DNA of 62,852 bases, counting the filler, from Globobulimina sp. (Eukaryota), in the NCBI GenBank assembly GCA_003354225.1. It is 50 parts of 50 records of this genome, joined end to end, with 100 filler letters (N's around TTAATTAATTAA, not from the genome) between each part and the next. Parts side by side here need not be neighbours in the genome. Positions count along the whole stretch, not along the records: positions 12,601 to 13,760 come from PIVH01022035.1; positions 13,861 to 15,019 come from PIVH01022036.1; positions 15,120 to 16,278 come from PIVH01022037.1; positions 16,379 to 17,537 come from PIVH01022038.1; positions 17,638 to 18,796 come from PIVH01022039.1; positions 18,897 to 20,055 come from PIVH01022040.1; positions 20,156 to 21,314 come from PIVH01022041.1; positions 21,415 to 22,573 come from PIVH01022042.1; 42 more parts are not named here. One strand, written 5' to 3'. Of the stretch, positions 12,501 through 25,339 are shown piece by piece. Below the pieces are notes generated by a model, which was not told the DNA's origin, did no database searches, and saw nothing but the letters and a program-made list of their open reading frames with translations. A program made the translations under genes and the position numbers. Position 1 is the stretch's first letter. Each line of letters begins with the position of its first letter.

Positions 12501-12600
12501 NNNNNNNNNNNNNNNNNNNNNNNNNNNNNNNNNNNNNNNNNNNNTTAATTAATTAANNNNNNNNNNNNNNNNNNNNNNNNNNNNNNNNNNNNNNNNNNNN

Positions 12601-13760
12601 TATTCGTGTTTCACAAAACCCAGGATACATTTCAATTATTTCTTTATCAAAATAGTTTGAATTAAATAATAATGGTTTCTTAATACATTTTGGCGGAGTG
12701 GCATCATGAACATATAAACATTGATTATAATAATTATGTCCCCATAAATAATATTTATTGTCCGCTGTTTTAATAATATTATGATATGCACCACACTTAA
12801 TATCAGTAATTGTTTCCTTTTTTAATGTTTCATTTGGCTGTGGTAAATATGCATTTTTAGTTGAACCATTACCACATTCATAGAACAGATTCCTTCCAAA
12901 ACAATAGATCTTATTTATTTATTGGCAAAACAATATAAAAATAAATAAACAACACAAAAAGATCAAAACTTTATTCTTTAATGATAATAATATATTATGT
13001 CCAAAGCCACAGCATATTTTACCAATTTTAATATTGTTTCGAATAAAATATTGTATTCGCGTGGGCAAATATCTATTTTTACCATCTCCATGACCCAGAC
13101 TACCAAAATCACCATATCCCCATGACCAAACACCATAATTTTCATCAATTGCTAATGTATGGTACCGTCCACAATATATATCCTTAAATTTTATTTTTAT
13201 TTGAATTTCTTGAATATGTGCTGATGATTTAACGTCTTTACCTAATCCTAAACCACCATAACCATAATCATTACCAGCAACATATATTTTATCGTTCGTA
13301 CTTAAAAATGTTGTATATTCCCCCGCCGTGGCTACTTTTTGAAACAATAATGATGTATTAATTGGGGTCCATTTATAATTAGTTTCAGAATTTGTTTTTA
13401 TGCCAAATTGATTATAAGAATTTGATCCGACGGCATATAATTTATTCTCATTTGAAATACAAAATGAATGTTCTGATTCATTTGGTGCAGAAAATATATT
13501 TTTTATTTTCATATCTTTTATTTGATGCCAGATATTAACATTATTATAATGACCAATTTGATTATAACCGCAACATTCATATGTTTCATCCGCAAATAAA
13601 ATATATGCTGCTACACCTTCCCAATCCCCACAAGTAACAATATTTTTTATTTGTTTATTAAATGTTTTTATTTTTGTTATTTTTTTAATATCTTCGTTTC
13701 CTCCATTTCCTTGTTGTCCATATTGGTTATTACCAATAGAATATAATTCGAATATGTTGT
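12601..13760 (-). CDS. RCC1-repeat protein, partial
   Basis: CGRYHTLAID...VWSWGYGDFGSLGHG, GSNSYNQFG, CGFGHN. Confidence 0.9.
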
Positions 13761-14574
13761 NNNNNNNNNNNNNNNNNNNNNNNNNNNNNNNNNNNNNNNN
13801 NNNNTTAATTAATTAANNNNNNNNNNNNNNNNNNNNNNNNNNNNNNNNNNNNNNNNNNNNGGCCGAATTATGGGGGTTTCAAAACCCTGTTTGGAGATTT
13901 GTTGGGACCCCTGATTGGAAAATTTGGGAGATTTTTCGGTATTTTCGATCAAAAATCGGCCATTTTTAGCTAAAAATTGGTGGAAAACGTAATTTTTTCG
14001 AAAAAAATATGATTTTTAGCGATTTTTTTCGAAAATTCGAATTTCGCGACAAACATTTTCGAAATTTTCCAGACCCCTGATTCGAAATTTTGGACTTCGA
14101 CCCCCCAGGCCGATCGAGCCTGCCCATGTATGACTTGATAGATGGATAAATCGATTGCTTGGTGGTTACCATAGATATCTATTTCATGTAAAGCACCAGA
14201 CCGTATCTCCATTAAAACAGAATACCAAATCAAATACTTACAAAGTACTATCGTCATCATCATTATCATCGGACACATCAGAATCATGATCACTTGTATT
14301 TGAATTAATTGATTTAACACTAATTCGACTACTCTTTCGTTTTGGTTTCCTTCCTGACCAATTGTCTGTACCGACTCGTTTTCTCTTCTTTCCATTGTGA
14401 GGAGTTGTTTTTTGGCCCAAATTAGAATCTCTTTTAATAGGTTTTCTGAAAATATATTCAATAGTTTAAACAGCAGTCAATATCACCACCATTTGCGTTT
14501 CGAGACTCATTAGTGTTTATGTTTTAACTACCCTGAATAAGGCAAGTAGTATGCATACGGGTTGCCCCCCAAGC

Positions 14575-15019
14575 AGACCTGCACACGGGGGGGCTAGGGG
14601 GGGCTGGCCCACCCTGAGCATCGGCCTAGCCCCCCCCTAGCCTGGGGGCAGAATTTTTGGGAATTTCGGATCATGAAATTTGGGCAAAAATGATGTTTTC
14701 TGACCAAATATATGTTTATTATTACTCCAAACTGCCCTCAAAACACGCCAGAAATCCGTTCCTAGCAGTTTACCATAAAAATCTGACATAAAAATCCTCA
14801 AGGCAGTGGTCAGAAATTATTTTAAATTTCGATATAATTATCTCGTATGCCTTAAAAAGTGATTAATGATTGGTGATACTACTATTCCTGTCGTTTTTAG
14901 CTCAAAAACGCAATATTTTGGCCAAAAAGCGTTATTTTGGGTTAGCCCCCCCTAGCCTGGGGGCAAAGTCGCCAGCCCCCCTAGCCCCCGGGTAAATTTT
15001 TTGAAATTAGCATGGGGGC
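14575..15019. mobile_element. GC-rich-ended MITE-like element with (G7CTA)/(TAGC7) inverted motifs
   Basis: GGGGGGGCTAGGGGGGGCTGG near 14587 and the complementary CCAGCCCCCCTAGCCCCC near 14972; TAGCCCCCCCTAGCCTGGGGGCA is repeated at both ends; AT-rich non-coding interior. Confidence 0.5.
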
Positions 15020-16144
15020 NNNNNNNNNNNNNNNNNNNNNNNNNNNNNNNNNNNNNNNNNNNNTTAATTAATTAANNNNNNNNNNNNNNNNNNNNNNNNN
15101 NNNNNNNNNNNNNNNNNNNGTATGCTTACTATGCGAATTATATTTTTTAATGTATATTTATATATATTCTGTATATATATATAGGCCATATTTGGCACAC
15201 CGACCACAGAGAGTGACACTAAGGGCACAGTTTGGATCGGCGCAAGAATAGAGCCGCCTGATTGTAGTGCAACCTATGCTGCTTTTGCACCACCACGAGG
15301 AATGTCTGAGAATGTTAATGTTAATCCTGAGCCAGCTCCAGCGGCGAATGAATTTGCAGCGCGATTATTAAATTATTTGATGATAGCCATTGTTTTGGCT
15401 TTGTTGTTGGTTGTTTCTGCCTTGTGTTTGGTGAATAGTGTGGTTATTCGCAATAAAGGTTATGAGCGAGCGTATGCCGGAAGCATTTCAGCTTAACTAT
15501 GAATATAAAATTAAGCGTATTCTATACAAAATGATAAATATTAAATAATATAATAATAATAATGTTAATTAAATGTGTGCTTGTTTTGTTGCTAGCTCGT
15601 TAATTGATATCGATTCTGCATATTGCAATATTGTTATCACCATCCTGGTGTGCGAGGATAATCTAAAAACAACACTGTTTCTCTTAATTTTAGACAAACA
15701 AATGTTTTTATAATATATTTACGTAATGGAAACGAGAAGGTTTTTTCTGATAAAACTCGAAGTTTCTCGCATTTTTTAGTTTAGCCTCACCATAACACCA
15801 CAAGTGTTACTAGTCACATAATAACACCTTACGTGTCCTTTATGTCAACCTCTCGCGTTTTGCCCGATAGAACGTGCAAGAAGAAAGTTTCATACGGTGA
15901 GACATTAGCCTCGGACTCCGATTACATCGACAAGAATAAGAACAAGAATAAGAAGAGAAATAACAAGAAATCGAAGAAAAAGGGGAAGGAAAATAGGTTA
16001 ATAATTTGTCGCCTTTCATCGTATCCTTCTCCATTCTATTTTTTACTACATAGCAAGCCATAGATGGCTTAGTGAATGACATTAGGGTTTTTGCTTTCAG
16101 TTCATTTCTTCAATGAACGCTTTGATAATTGAAGAAAAAAAAAC

Positions 16145-16194
16145 TTTTGTCATTTAGAAACATAACATTGTGCTTTCGTCATGGCACTCAACGA
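16145..16194 (+). repeat. Dispersed repeat family R2, copy 1 (TTTTGTCATTTAGAAACATAACATTGTGCTTTCGTCATGGCACTCA)
   Basis: Near-identical copy at 50124-50173; diverged copy near 56460-56500. Confidence 0.85.
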
Positions 16195-16378
16195 CACAGT
16201 CCTTTGCTAGACATGGTCGAACTCCACAAATAATTAAGCGATAGTATAAAATTAGAAATGAGAAACACCTCAAACACGNNNNNNNNNNNNNNNNNNNNNN
16301 NNNNNNNNNNNNNNNNNNNNNNTTAATTAATTAANNNNNNNNNNNNNNNNNNNNNNNNNNNNNNNNNNNNNNNNNNNN

Positions 16379-16676
16379 GGCCATATCGAAGATTATAAGA
16401 TATGTGAAATCGTTTGAAGTATTAAGCAACGATTTGGAATATATGACGCGAAATATGCAAATCTGGAAAATGTTTATAAAATTAGGCGACATACTGGCCG
16501 AAGATATAAATTTATCCATCTTAACAAACCAATTAAATCAGGGCGAATTGGATATTTTTGATAAACAAACGTTAATTAAGTTAGTCTGTGCGTTATGGCA
16601 AGATTCAGAGCAAAGGACCGCTGTTATTAAAGATATTGAATTAATGCTAGACGATTCTGATAATTTCAACGATTGA
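16379..16676 (+). CDS. C-terminus of a ZW10-like kinetochore/Dsl1-complex protein
   Basis: WKMFIKLGDIL...FDKQTLIKLVCALWQDSEQRTAVIKDI resembles the ZW10 C-terminal LIRALFQNTxRR motif. Confidence 0.65.
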
Positions 16677-16835
16677 TTATGACATTATGTGCTGTGCTAT
16701 TTATAGTTTAATTCGTAGCTATTTATAGTTTGTAAATTTAAATTTAATTCAATTCGAGACATAAACCATAATTGCTTTGCTTTTGACGTATCTTAAGAGC
16801 TCACAGCAGCAGATTGAAAAAGTCAGAAAAAAAGT

Positions 16836-17537
16836 ATGGGTAATTTTTGTGGCGTCGGCTTGTCAGTGGAAGAACAGCGGCAACGAAATGGTCAAAGACA
16901 ACAAAATTCAAACATCGAGCAAAGGCAAATTGAATCGCAAAATAAAGAAGAACAAGTAAAGAAATTACTGTTACTTGGCGCCGGAGAATCGGGCAAATCC
17001 ACATTATTCAAACAAATGATCACTTTATACGGCAAAGGCTATCCAGAGGTTGAACGAGCAACTTATAAACCGATTGTTTTTCAAAACACAATAAGTGCGA
17101 TGCAATCCTTAGTGACACATTGTCACCAATTAAGCGATGAGATTAAGTCAGAAATAGAAGAAAAGAATGTTGAAATTGCGAAAAGATTTATGGATATGAA
17201 CATTGATTCCGATTTTACCGAAACTATAGCAAACGATATAAAAACATTATGGAAAGATGCCGGAATACAAAAAACGTTTGAAAACAGAGTGAAATTCCAG
17301 TTTCCAGACAGTGCGCCGTATTTTTTCGACCGAGTTGATGATTTCTACAAAAACGATTACATTCCGATAGAACAGGATCTATTAAGAACTCGTGTCCGTA
17401 CAACGGGGATTGTTGAGACCGCATTCGATATCGATGGCAATCAATTTAAAATGTTTGATGTTGGCGGACAAAGAAATGAACGCAAAAAATGGATTCATTG
17501 CTTTGAAAATGTGACATGTGTTATATTTGTGGCAGCC
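16836..17537 (+). CDS. Heterotrimeric G protein alpha subunit, 3' truncated
   Basis: MGxxC lipidation start, [39 protein letters not shown]. Confidence 0.97.
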
Positions 17538-17637
17538 NNNNNNNNNNNNNNNNNNNNNNNNNNNNNNNNNNNNNNNNNNNNTTAATTAATTAANNNNNNN
17601 NNNNNNNNNNNNNNNNNNNNNNNNNNNNNNNNNNNNN

Positions 17638-18796
17638 GTACGTCCTTTCGGACCTGTACCAGTCCCGCGGTTATCGTAGCCCCCACGGCCACTGCCTCCA
17701 TGAGATGCTCCACCGCGCCCTCTTGTATCATGGCCAGTGTAATCATAGCCCCGATCACTGGGAGTCGCAGCAACTTGTTTCTGTGTTTCCACCTGCTGTT
17801 CCAACTCTCCAACTTTAAGTACCTTTGCAGCATTTATGTGTGTCCATTGGTCTATGTTAAACGTTTCAGGGCCTCCTATTTCGTCTGCATATACTTGTGC
17901 CCATTCTTTAATGTTATCCCCATAGTAGCCTTTAGCCATCGCAGTAACAATTGCATTATGTCGATTAGTCATTTTGGGATCATTCAACAAACCGCTCATC
18001 ACTTCATAATAGGCCAAATATGTTTTACAAGCCGCCACATCTTCTCTATATTTCTCTGACTCAGGTGCAATAGCACGTATTGTAATGCCTTTGTCTGCAT
18101 AACGTCCACTCACTACATTCCTATCGTCAATCTTTTGATAGTTCATAGTGCTTGACTTTCTTATTATTTTAACAAATGCTTCCCATGTTGCTGGTTGTGG
18201 GAGCACCATAAGCATTGTTTCAATTGTACTATCATGCACCTTATGGGCTTTCACTGTAAATTGTTGTATCATATCAAGGTCACGGGTCTTTGAGGGTAAA
18301 GCACCATAGGCTTCGATATATGCATTCTCATATCGTGTCGAAAACGGCATTATTTCTTCCCCTTCTCTTTGCATTAATGCAATAAACTTATTGACCTTTT
18401 TCCATTTACTTGTATCTTCAATAGCAAATTTGGCCTTTAAATGAGCGATTACGTCGGGCCCTTTTAAAGTAGTGTCATTTTCGTCGGCCTCCATTAATAA
18501 CTGATTGTAATAATCTAACACGCCGCCTGTTAGAAAACATGTCAAATTATCATACCAAGTTTGAACGGAGCCCCCTTGGCGTTTGCATTCTTGTTTGCAT
18601 TGAACACACCATTTATTAAAGTCATCTTTTAATTCCCCTCCAAATTTCAAATCCGATCCTATTCTAGCTATGTCCAGCTTGATACTCTTTGGTGTTTTTG
18701 ATGGCTGATTAACTATGTAGGTGATCGGTTGTTGAGGAGGTGGTGTTGGCCCCTGTGGGTATGTTTCCGCGTTCCATGGTTGAGGTGGCACCGGTG
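17638..18796 (-). mobile_element. LTR-retrotransposon Gag-like ORF (open across the contig)
   Basis: Capsid-like pattern KFGG..DDFNKW...LTCFLTGGVLDYY...LKAKF...LMQREGEEIMPFSTR and an RGG-rich tail; homologous to 40300-41458, which carries a CCHC knuckle. Confidence 0.75.
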
Positions 18797-19071
18797 NNNN
18801 NNNNNNNNNNNNNNNNNNNNNNNNNNNNNNNNNNNNNNNNTTAATTAATTAANNNNNNNNNNNNNNNNNNNNNNNNNNNNNNNNNNNNNNNNNNNNTCCT
18901 ATTTTGTGGACTGGAGTCAAAGCCGCAGCATTTTCAAAGTCTGACTTAGAAAAACATTTTCTGACCACGTAAAAGTGTTATGTGAAAATGCAAGATTGAA
19001 ATTTGAAATAATACAACAAATTAATGAACAAAAAGAAAAAAACAATTCATGTCAAATTATTACTATAATAA

Positions 19072-20055
<984 letters not shown>

Positions 20056-20334
20056 NNNNNNNNNNNNNNNNNNNNNNNNNNNNNNNNNNNNNNNNNNNNT
20101 TAATTAATTAANNNNNNNNNNNNNNNNNNNNNNNNNNNNNNNNNNNNNNNNNNNNTTGAACATTGTTGAGTTGCAGTTACCTCACGAAAAAATCCATTTA
20201 ATCCGACTGATTGTGGCGCATTTACATTGATTATTAACTAGTGCTGGATCTACTCGGTACTGACCGTACAGTAAAACCGTTGCGAACCAAAAGATTTATT
20301 TTTAATGCATAAGGCAATTGAACATTTACAACAA

Positions 20335-21228
20335 TTAAATTACATCTTCAGTCTTGTTTTCATTTTCAGTCTTGTTTTGATAGCTTGGACAACATTTACC
20401 CAATGCTTGAACACATGGTTGGCATAAACGAATATAAAAATAATTATAGTCAGCATCCATTAATATGACACATAAGGTATTAACGACAGAGTCCACAGCT
20501 GACAGAGTTCCACCCGTTGCTACAAATATTTGTGTACCAAACCACAGTGCTGAACTAGAAATGGCAATTATTACTAGCAATGTATATTTAATCACTGTAT
20601 TTTGAAATTCCTTTTCCGTCCCATCACTATGTTTGATAATGAATATTAGCGGTTTTATAAATAATACCAAACAAATTAGCGATATTGAGCCATCAGCGAC
20701 AATTGCTATAAATATCGCTATGTACGGACAATATATCTGACAGAAACCGTCTTTTTTAGCACCGGTTATTTCAACGGAGGCACTCCAGAGTTGCCAACAG
20801 AAACAGAAACTAATCCAACATAATAAAATCATAAATGTTCGCTTTCTGTAATCGAACATACTGTTTCCGAATGCTAATTTTAATCGCAATACAAACAAAT
20901 AATACAATGAAAAACGTGCAATATTCCAAATAGTGACTGCTATTTTGGCCATTGAATCGCAATCATTCTCAAACACTGCAAAAACATTTAATGTAAATAA
21001 CATGAGAAAAATCAGAAATATAATCTGTACGAAGACAGTTAAACATTTTGGTAACAGTCCGTAAAAATGCGCTTTCTTTTCAGCAGCTGATAAATGCACT
21101 TTCTTTTCAGGAGATGATAAATGTTTTTCCACTTTTTCTAATCGATGGATATAAAACATTCGGGCGAAATAAGTGATGAGAAGAATTCCAACACACGAAA
21201 CTCCTATACATTTAAACACTTGATTCAT
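20335..21228 (-). CDS. 7TM GPCR-like membrane protein
   Basis: Seven hydrophobic segments, Cys before TM3, LRLKLAF after TM3, LFIKPL after TM5; similar to 31569-32546. Confidence 0.7.
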   Translation of the reverse strand: MNQVFKCIGVSCVGILLITYFARMFYIHRLEKVEKHLSSPEKKVHLSAAEKKAHFYGLLPKCLTVFVQIIFLIFLMLFTLNVFAVFENDCDSMAKIAVTIWNIARFSLYYLFVLRLKLAFGNSMFDYRKRTFMILLCWISFCFCWQLWSASVEITGAKKDGFCQIYCPYIAIFIAIVADGSISLICLVLFIKPLIFIIKHSDGTEKEFQNTVIKYTLLVIIAISSSALWFGTQIFVATGGTLSAVDSVVNTLCVILMDADYNYFYIRLCQPCVQALGKCCPSYQNKTENENKTEDVI

Positions 21229-21414
21229 TACTACATTTGAGCTGAAAATATCTACAGTGCTAGCGTTCTGCCCTAGGCAAGAGAGTTGATCAGTTCTGCC
21301 CTAGGCAAGAGAGTNNNNNNNNNNNNNNNNNNNNNNNNNNNNNNNNNNNNNNNNNNNNTTAATTAATTAANNNNNNNNNNNNNNNNNNNNNNNNNNNNNN
21401 NNNNNNNNNNNNNN

Positions 21415-22573
21415 CAATATACCAACATTGGATCACAGTCTGAGGCAAATTCTCGGCAATAATCACCGAATAAACACGTTTGATGGAGAAAGTGAGCACA
21501 TCGCGTTCACTCAAACCCATACAAAACAAACTCCATCCAAATAATTCAGAATTCAATAATGAGACCGCGGTGAAAGAGCTTCCGGTCGCAAATGAAAAGA
21601 AATATAAATATTTAGAATTCTTAGCCAACCAACCGGTCATTCTGCTATCTGATGACCAATGTTTTCGCGAATAAAGAAATAACTGAATAATACTGATACC
21701 GATTGGGATAATTATAAATAGAGCTGATAATGTTAAAGGAATTTTGAATCCATTATTAATATCTCGCCCATTATCAATATACGTACTAAGATTTATTGCG
21801 AAGCAACAATCGCTGAACGTGTCAAATATTTGAATTCCAGCTACGATGATATAGGTAATTTGGAAAAAGTCGTTGATGAAAATACGAGAATGAAAATAAC
21901 CGAATAAAGTAATAATTAACACTGTGCCGAAAATACCAACAACAAAATATTGGAATGTAAGTTCAAAATTATTTCTTTGTTCTTGTTGCGAGTCTAATAT
22001 CTCTTCAGTTTCATCGTTATGACTCAATGTACTTTCTGTTGGATTCTTGGTTGGCGGTTGTGTTGGTTTAAAAGTTGGAGGTGCTGTAGGCGCAACAGAT
22101 GGTGCATTTGACGGAGGTGATGTAGGAGTAATAGATGGCGCAGTGGATGGAGCAAGTGATGGGGGAACAGATGGAAAATTACTTGGAGGTGCTGTTGGAG
22201 CAGCAGAAGGCGCAGTGGATGGAACAAATGATGGCGCCACAGATGGAATGTTACTTGGCGATGATGTGGGAGCAAGTGTCGGCGCCACAGATGGAACATT
22301 GCTTGGTGGTGATGTTGGAGCATGGCTTGGTGCCATAGCAGGTGCACTACTTGGAGAAACTGATGGCGAAATAGAAGGTGTCTGAGTAGGTGGTGTTGTA
22401 GGTGAAATTGAAGGTGCATTGGACGGAGGAGTCGTAGGTGCATTGGATGGAGGAGTCGTAGGTGCATTGGATTCGATGTTGGAGTTGGATTCGATGTAGG
22501 ATTATCAGTGGGTGAATCAGTATCTTTCCTACAGAATATTATATATGGCCCCAATATCTGATCTGGCGATAAT
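21415..22573 (-). CDS. Membrane protein with Pro/Ser/Thr/Ala repeat stalk and multi-TM C-terminal domain, partial
   Basis: (PSxA/PTxx)n repeats, then TM helices with DTFSD and ENLPQ motifs. Confidence 0.75.
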
Positions 22574-22673
22574 NNNNNNNNNNNNNNNNNNNNNNNNNNN
22601 NNNNNNNNNNNNNNNNNTTAATTAATTAANNNNNNNNNNNNNNNNNNNNNNNNNNNNNNNNNNNNNNNNNNNN

Positions 22674-23186
22674 AAAATAGGTGATAAATTATCTGCATTT
22701 CCAGCGTATGTTTATAATGCACATAAATCAGTCCATTATGATGAGTATATAAATGATATTCAAATTAGTAATGAATCCACGTATCTTAAACTAAAAAATG
22801 AAAGAATTAATAAAATTAAATCAAATTTTAATGGCGAATTGGAATTAGAAGAAGATGTAGAATTTATGTGTTTGATTGATTTATTATCAGCTTTATTAGA
22901 TTTGAATCCATTGACAAGATATACCTCTGAAGATGCCATAAGACACAAATTTATTGTTTATAATTATAGAAATGAGTGTATTCAAAATAAGATTCATCCC
23001 ATTATCAAATCCTGTGACGACAAGCAAAGACAGAAGAAAATAAGTATGCAAATTAAATTAAATGCATCACAAATTAAATCTGGAAGCAGCAGCAGCAAAA
23101 CAAGCAAATTGAGTGAGTCATCATTTCCGATCATCATTGTAAAACAACATCTTATTCTGAAGTGTACACTGTTAAACAACATATGA
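22674..23186 (+). CDS. Protein kinase C-terminal end (subdomain XI), partial
   Basis: LIDLLSALLDLNPLTRYTSEDAIRHKFI. Confidence 0.7.
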   Translation, partial: KIGDKLSAFPAYVYNAHKSVHYDEYINDIQISNESTYLKLKNERINKIKSNFNGELELEEDVEFMCLIDLLSALLDLNPLTRYTSEDAIRHKFIVYNYRNECIQNKIHPIIKSCDDKQRQKKISMQIKLNASQIKSGSSSSKTSKLSESSFPIIIVKQHLILKCTLLNNI

Positions 23187-23788
23187 ATTGAAACAACATA
23201 TTGAGAGTGTTAAACAACATTTTCCTCTGTGTTTCAATCTGTTTTCTGTTAAACAACATCGTATGATTATAATCAAAAAAGAAAATAAATCAAAAAAGAA
23301 AAATACAAATATCATTATTTTGCTTTTCAGCATTTTTAAATACTGATAATTTATGTTTCAATTTATTTATTTTGCTTTTGAGCATTTTTATATGCTGTCA
23401 CCCAATCTGTTTACATTCAATTTTAATTAATATGACCTGTTTGACGACACATTGTTTTTTAAATCAGCAAATCGAAAGTGGTTCGAAAATAATGCAAAAT
23501 ATTTATTTAGACTAAAAATAGCTGCAATAAAATCAAGAATTTGGCGGAATAAAAAGATTTATTTAAGCTGTTTTGTACCTTTTAACAAATATATTTGTTA
23601 ATAATTACAAATGTTTGACTGTTTTGTTTTTGAGCTCAAGTAAAAAATAATTAAATGTACACAAATTTACACGGCTTGGCTGGCTATTTTATATAATTTA
23701 TTGCATAATGTCCGGCTTGCGATGTCTGCATATTGTTTGATGCAAAAAAAAATGAATTTTGTGTTGACTTGCAATTGAATAGCGACTC

Positions 23789-23832
23789 TGACTCAGATAG
23801 GATTCAAACCTATATCTATGTGGATTATAGCA
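23789..23832 (-). ncRNA. 3' half of a tRNA-like element (5' half lost at the contig end)
   Basis: Minus strand ...AGAT-ATAGG-TTTGAAT-CCTAT-CTGAGTC-A: a perfect 5-bp T stem with a 7-nt T-loop-like sequence. Confidence 0.45.
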
Positions 23833-23932
23833 NNNNNNNNNNNNNNNNNNNNNNNNNNNNNNNNNNNNNNNNNNNNTTAATTAATTAANNNNNNNNNNNN
23901 NNNNNNNNNNNNNNNNNNNNNNNNNNNNNNNN

Positions 23933-24057
23933 AATGCCATTTTATTGCGAAATTTGTGATATATGTAGAGATTATAGATGCCAAATGGTGCCATTATGCA
24001 GCATAATATACAGATGGTAACCCATACCAAAATGTGCGTTACAAGAAGGGCGACCAT
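23933..24057 (-). CDS. N-terminus of a probable 7TM-type membrane protein, truncated
   Basis: MVALLVTHILVWVTICILCCIMAPFGIYNLYIYHKFR: a hydrophobic TM1 followed by a basic loop. Confidence 0.45.
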
Positions 24058-24131
24058 GGTTGATTGATTAAGTATAAGTATAATTAAATATAAAAAACCT
24101 GACTTTACTAAAAACAACAAGTACCCTCAAA

Positions 24132-25091
24132 ATGGAACTTGAGACAAAAATGTCAGATCAAATAAGTAACCAAAAAGAGTTACAATTAGCAAAAGTTGAC
24201 AATAAATGCGTGGAATATCAAAATCCAAATGCTGCAGTAATACCATTGGTGGTACGTGTTGGTTTAACCATGTATGATATGGGCTTATTCAATGTCGCAG
24301 CAGCCACAGTTCGTGTTGTTTTTGAAATTATGTTGGTGTACAATGATAATATATTTAAAAGCACATTTGGTTCCACACAAGACTCGCTACCGTGGAATTT
24401 GCCAAATGCATTACAATTAGAGGTCGCAGAGAATAGATCCTATACAATGTATGGCATAGATTTAAATTCATTAAATATATTCGCAAAACGACAGTCATTT
24501 AAGAAAGATGCTAAATTGCAATTATTCAGAATTGAGTTGTATCTCTGTCGCGCAACTCTGAAATTGACTACGTTTCCCTCTGAAGATCCATTCCAATCCA
24601 TTTATTTTTGTGTCAAATTAGCAATGCTGGCAATCCCCGGAGCAGAAATGACAGAATTTATGAAATCAAAGAGCGACTTTCATTTTCCTGGAGTCAGAAA
24701 TAAAATGGCTGATTTCACAAAGGGTCAGGACAAAATCAGAAATGTATCCGTCAAAACCAGCTACGGCACATATTCGCGATTATATTTCATATTTGAATAT
24801 AAAAAATCTCCATTAGAGGACATTGCAAAGTATTATGTGTTGCCATTCTTAATCAATGCGTTGACGATTGCTTTTTATGACACTGTGGACTCATTGTTTG
24901 AGAGCGCCGGAGCTTATTTTCTGGCAATAATTGCATTGTTATTCACCTTGCCGGACACTGGTGCTTTTACACGAAATGAGAAATCTGTGGTCTTTGGCAG
25001 TATATGGATGTTGGCAATATTATTGGTTCTCATTTCGTGGCCGGCATTAGAAGCACAAATAATTTTAGGCTCAGTACTTTCTGCATCATAT
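24132..25091 (+). CDS. Divergent Cys-less pentameric ligand-gated ion channel-like protein, 3' truncated
   Basis: VRVGLTMYDMG...VVFEIMLVYND (beta1-2), DPFQ (Pro-loop position), YSRLYFIFEYKK, YVLP (M1), LPDTGAFT (M2-M3 loop). Confidence 0.6.
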
Positions 25092-25339
25092 NNNNNNNNN
25101 NNNNNNNNNNNNNNNNNNNNNNNNNNNNNNNNNNNTTAATTAATTAANNNNNNNNNNNNNNNNNNNNNNNNNNNNNNNNNNNNNNNNNNNNTTCTTTTTG
25201 GTCATCTTGTGATGATTCTAATTGACTCTATATATTTTTATACAAAATAATTATATAAAAAACATTAAATATAATATAACTTTTAATGTTAATATCTCAT
25301 TTCTTAAATTAGCATTTTCTTCCTGCACAATTAATAATA

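Noticed and set aside
21265..21314. GTTCTGCCCTAGGCAAGAGAGT repeated twice, CRISPR-like palindrome
   Set aside because: Only two copies with a 6-nt gap at a contig end; a simple tandem duplication
22024..22554. His/Leu-rich and Gly/Val-rich overlapping ORFs
   Set aside because: Alternative-frame and antisense shadows of the Pro/Thr repeat gene
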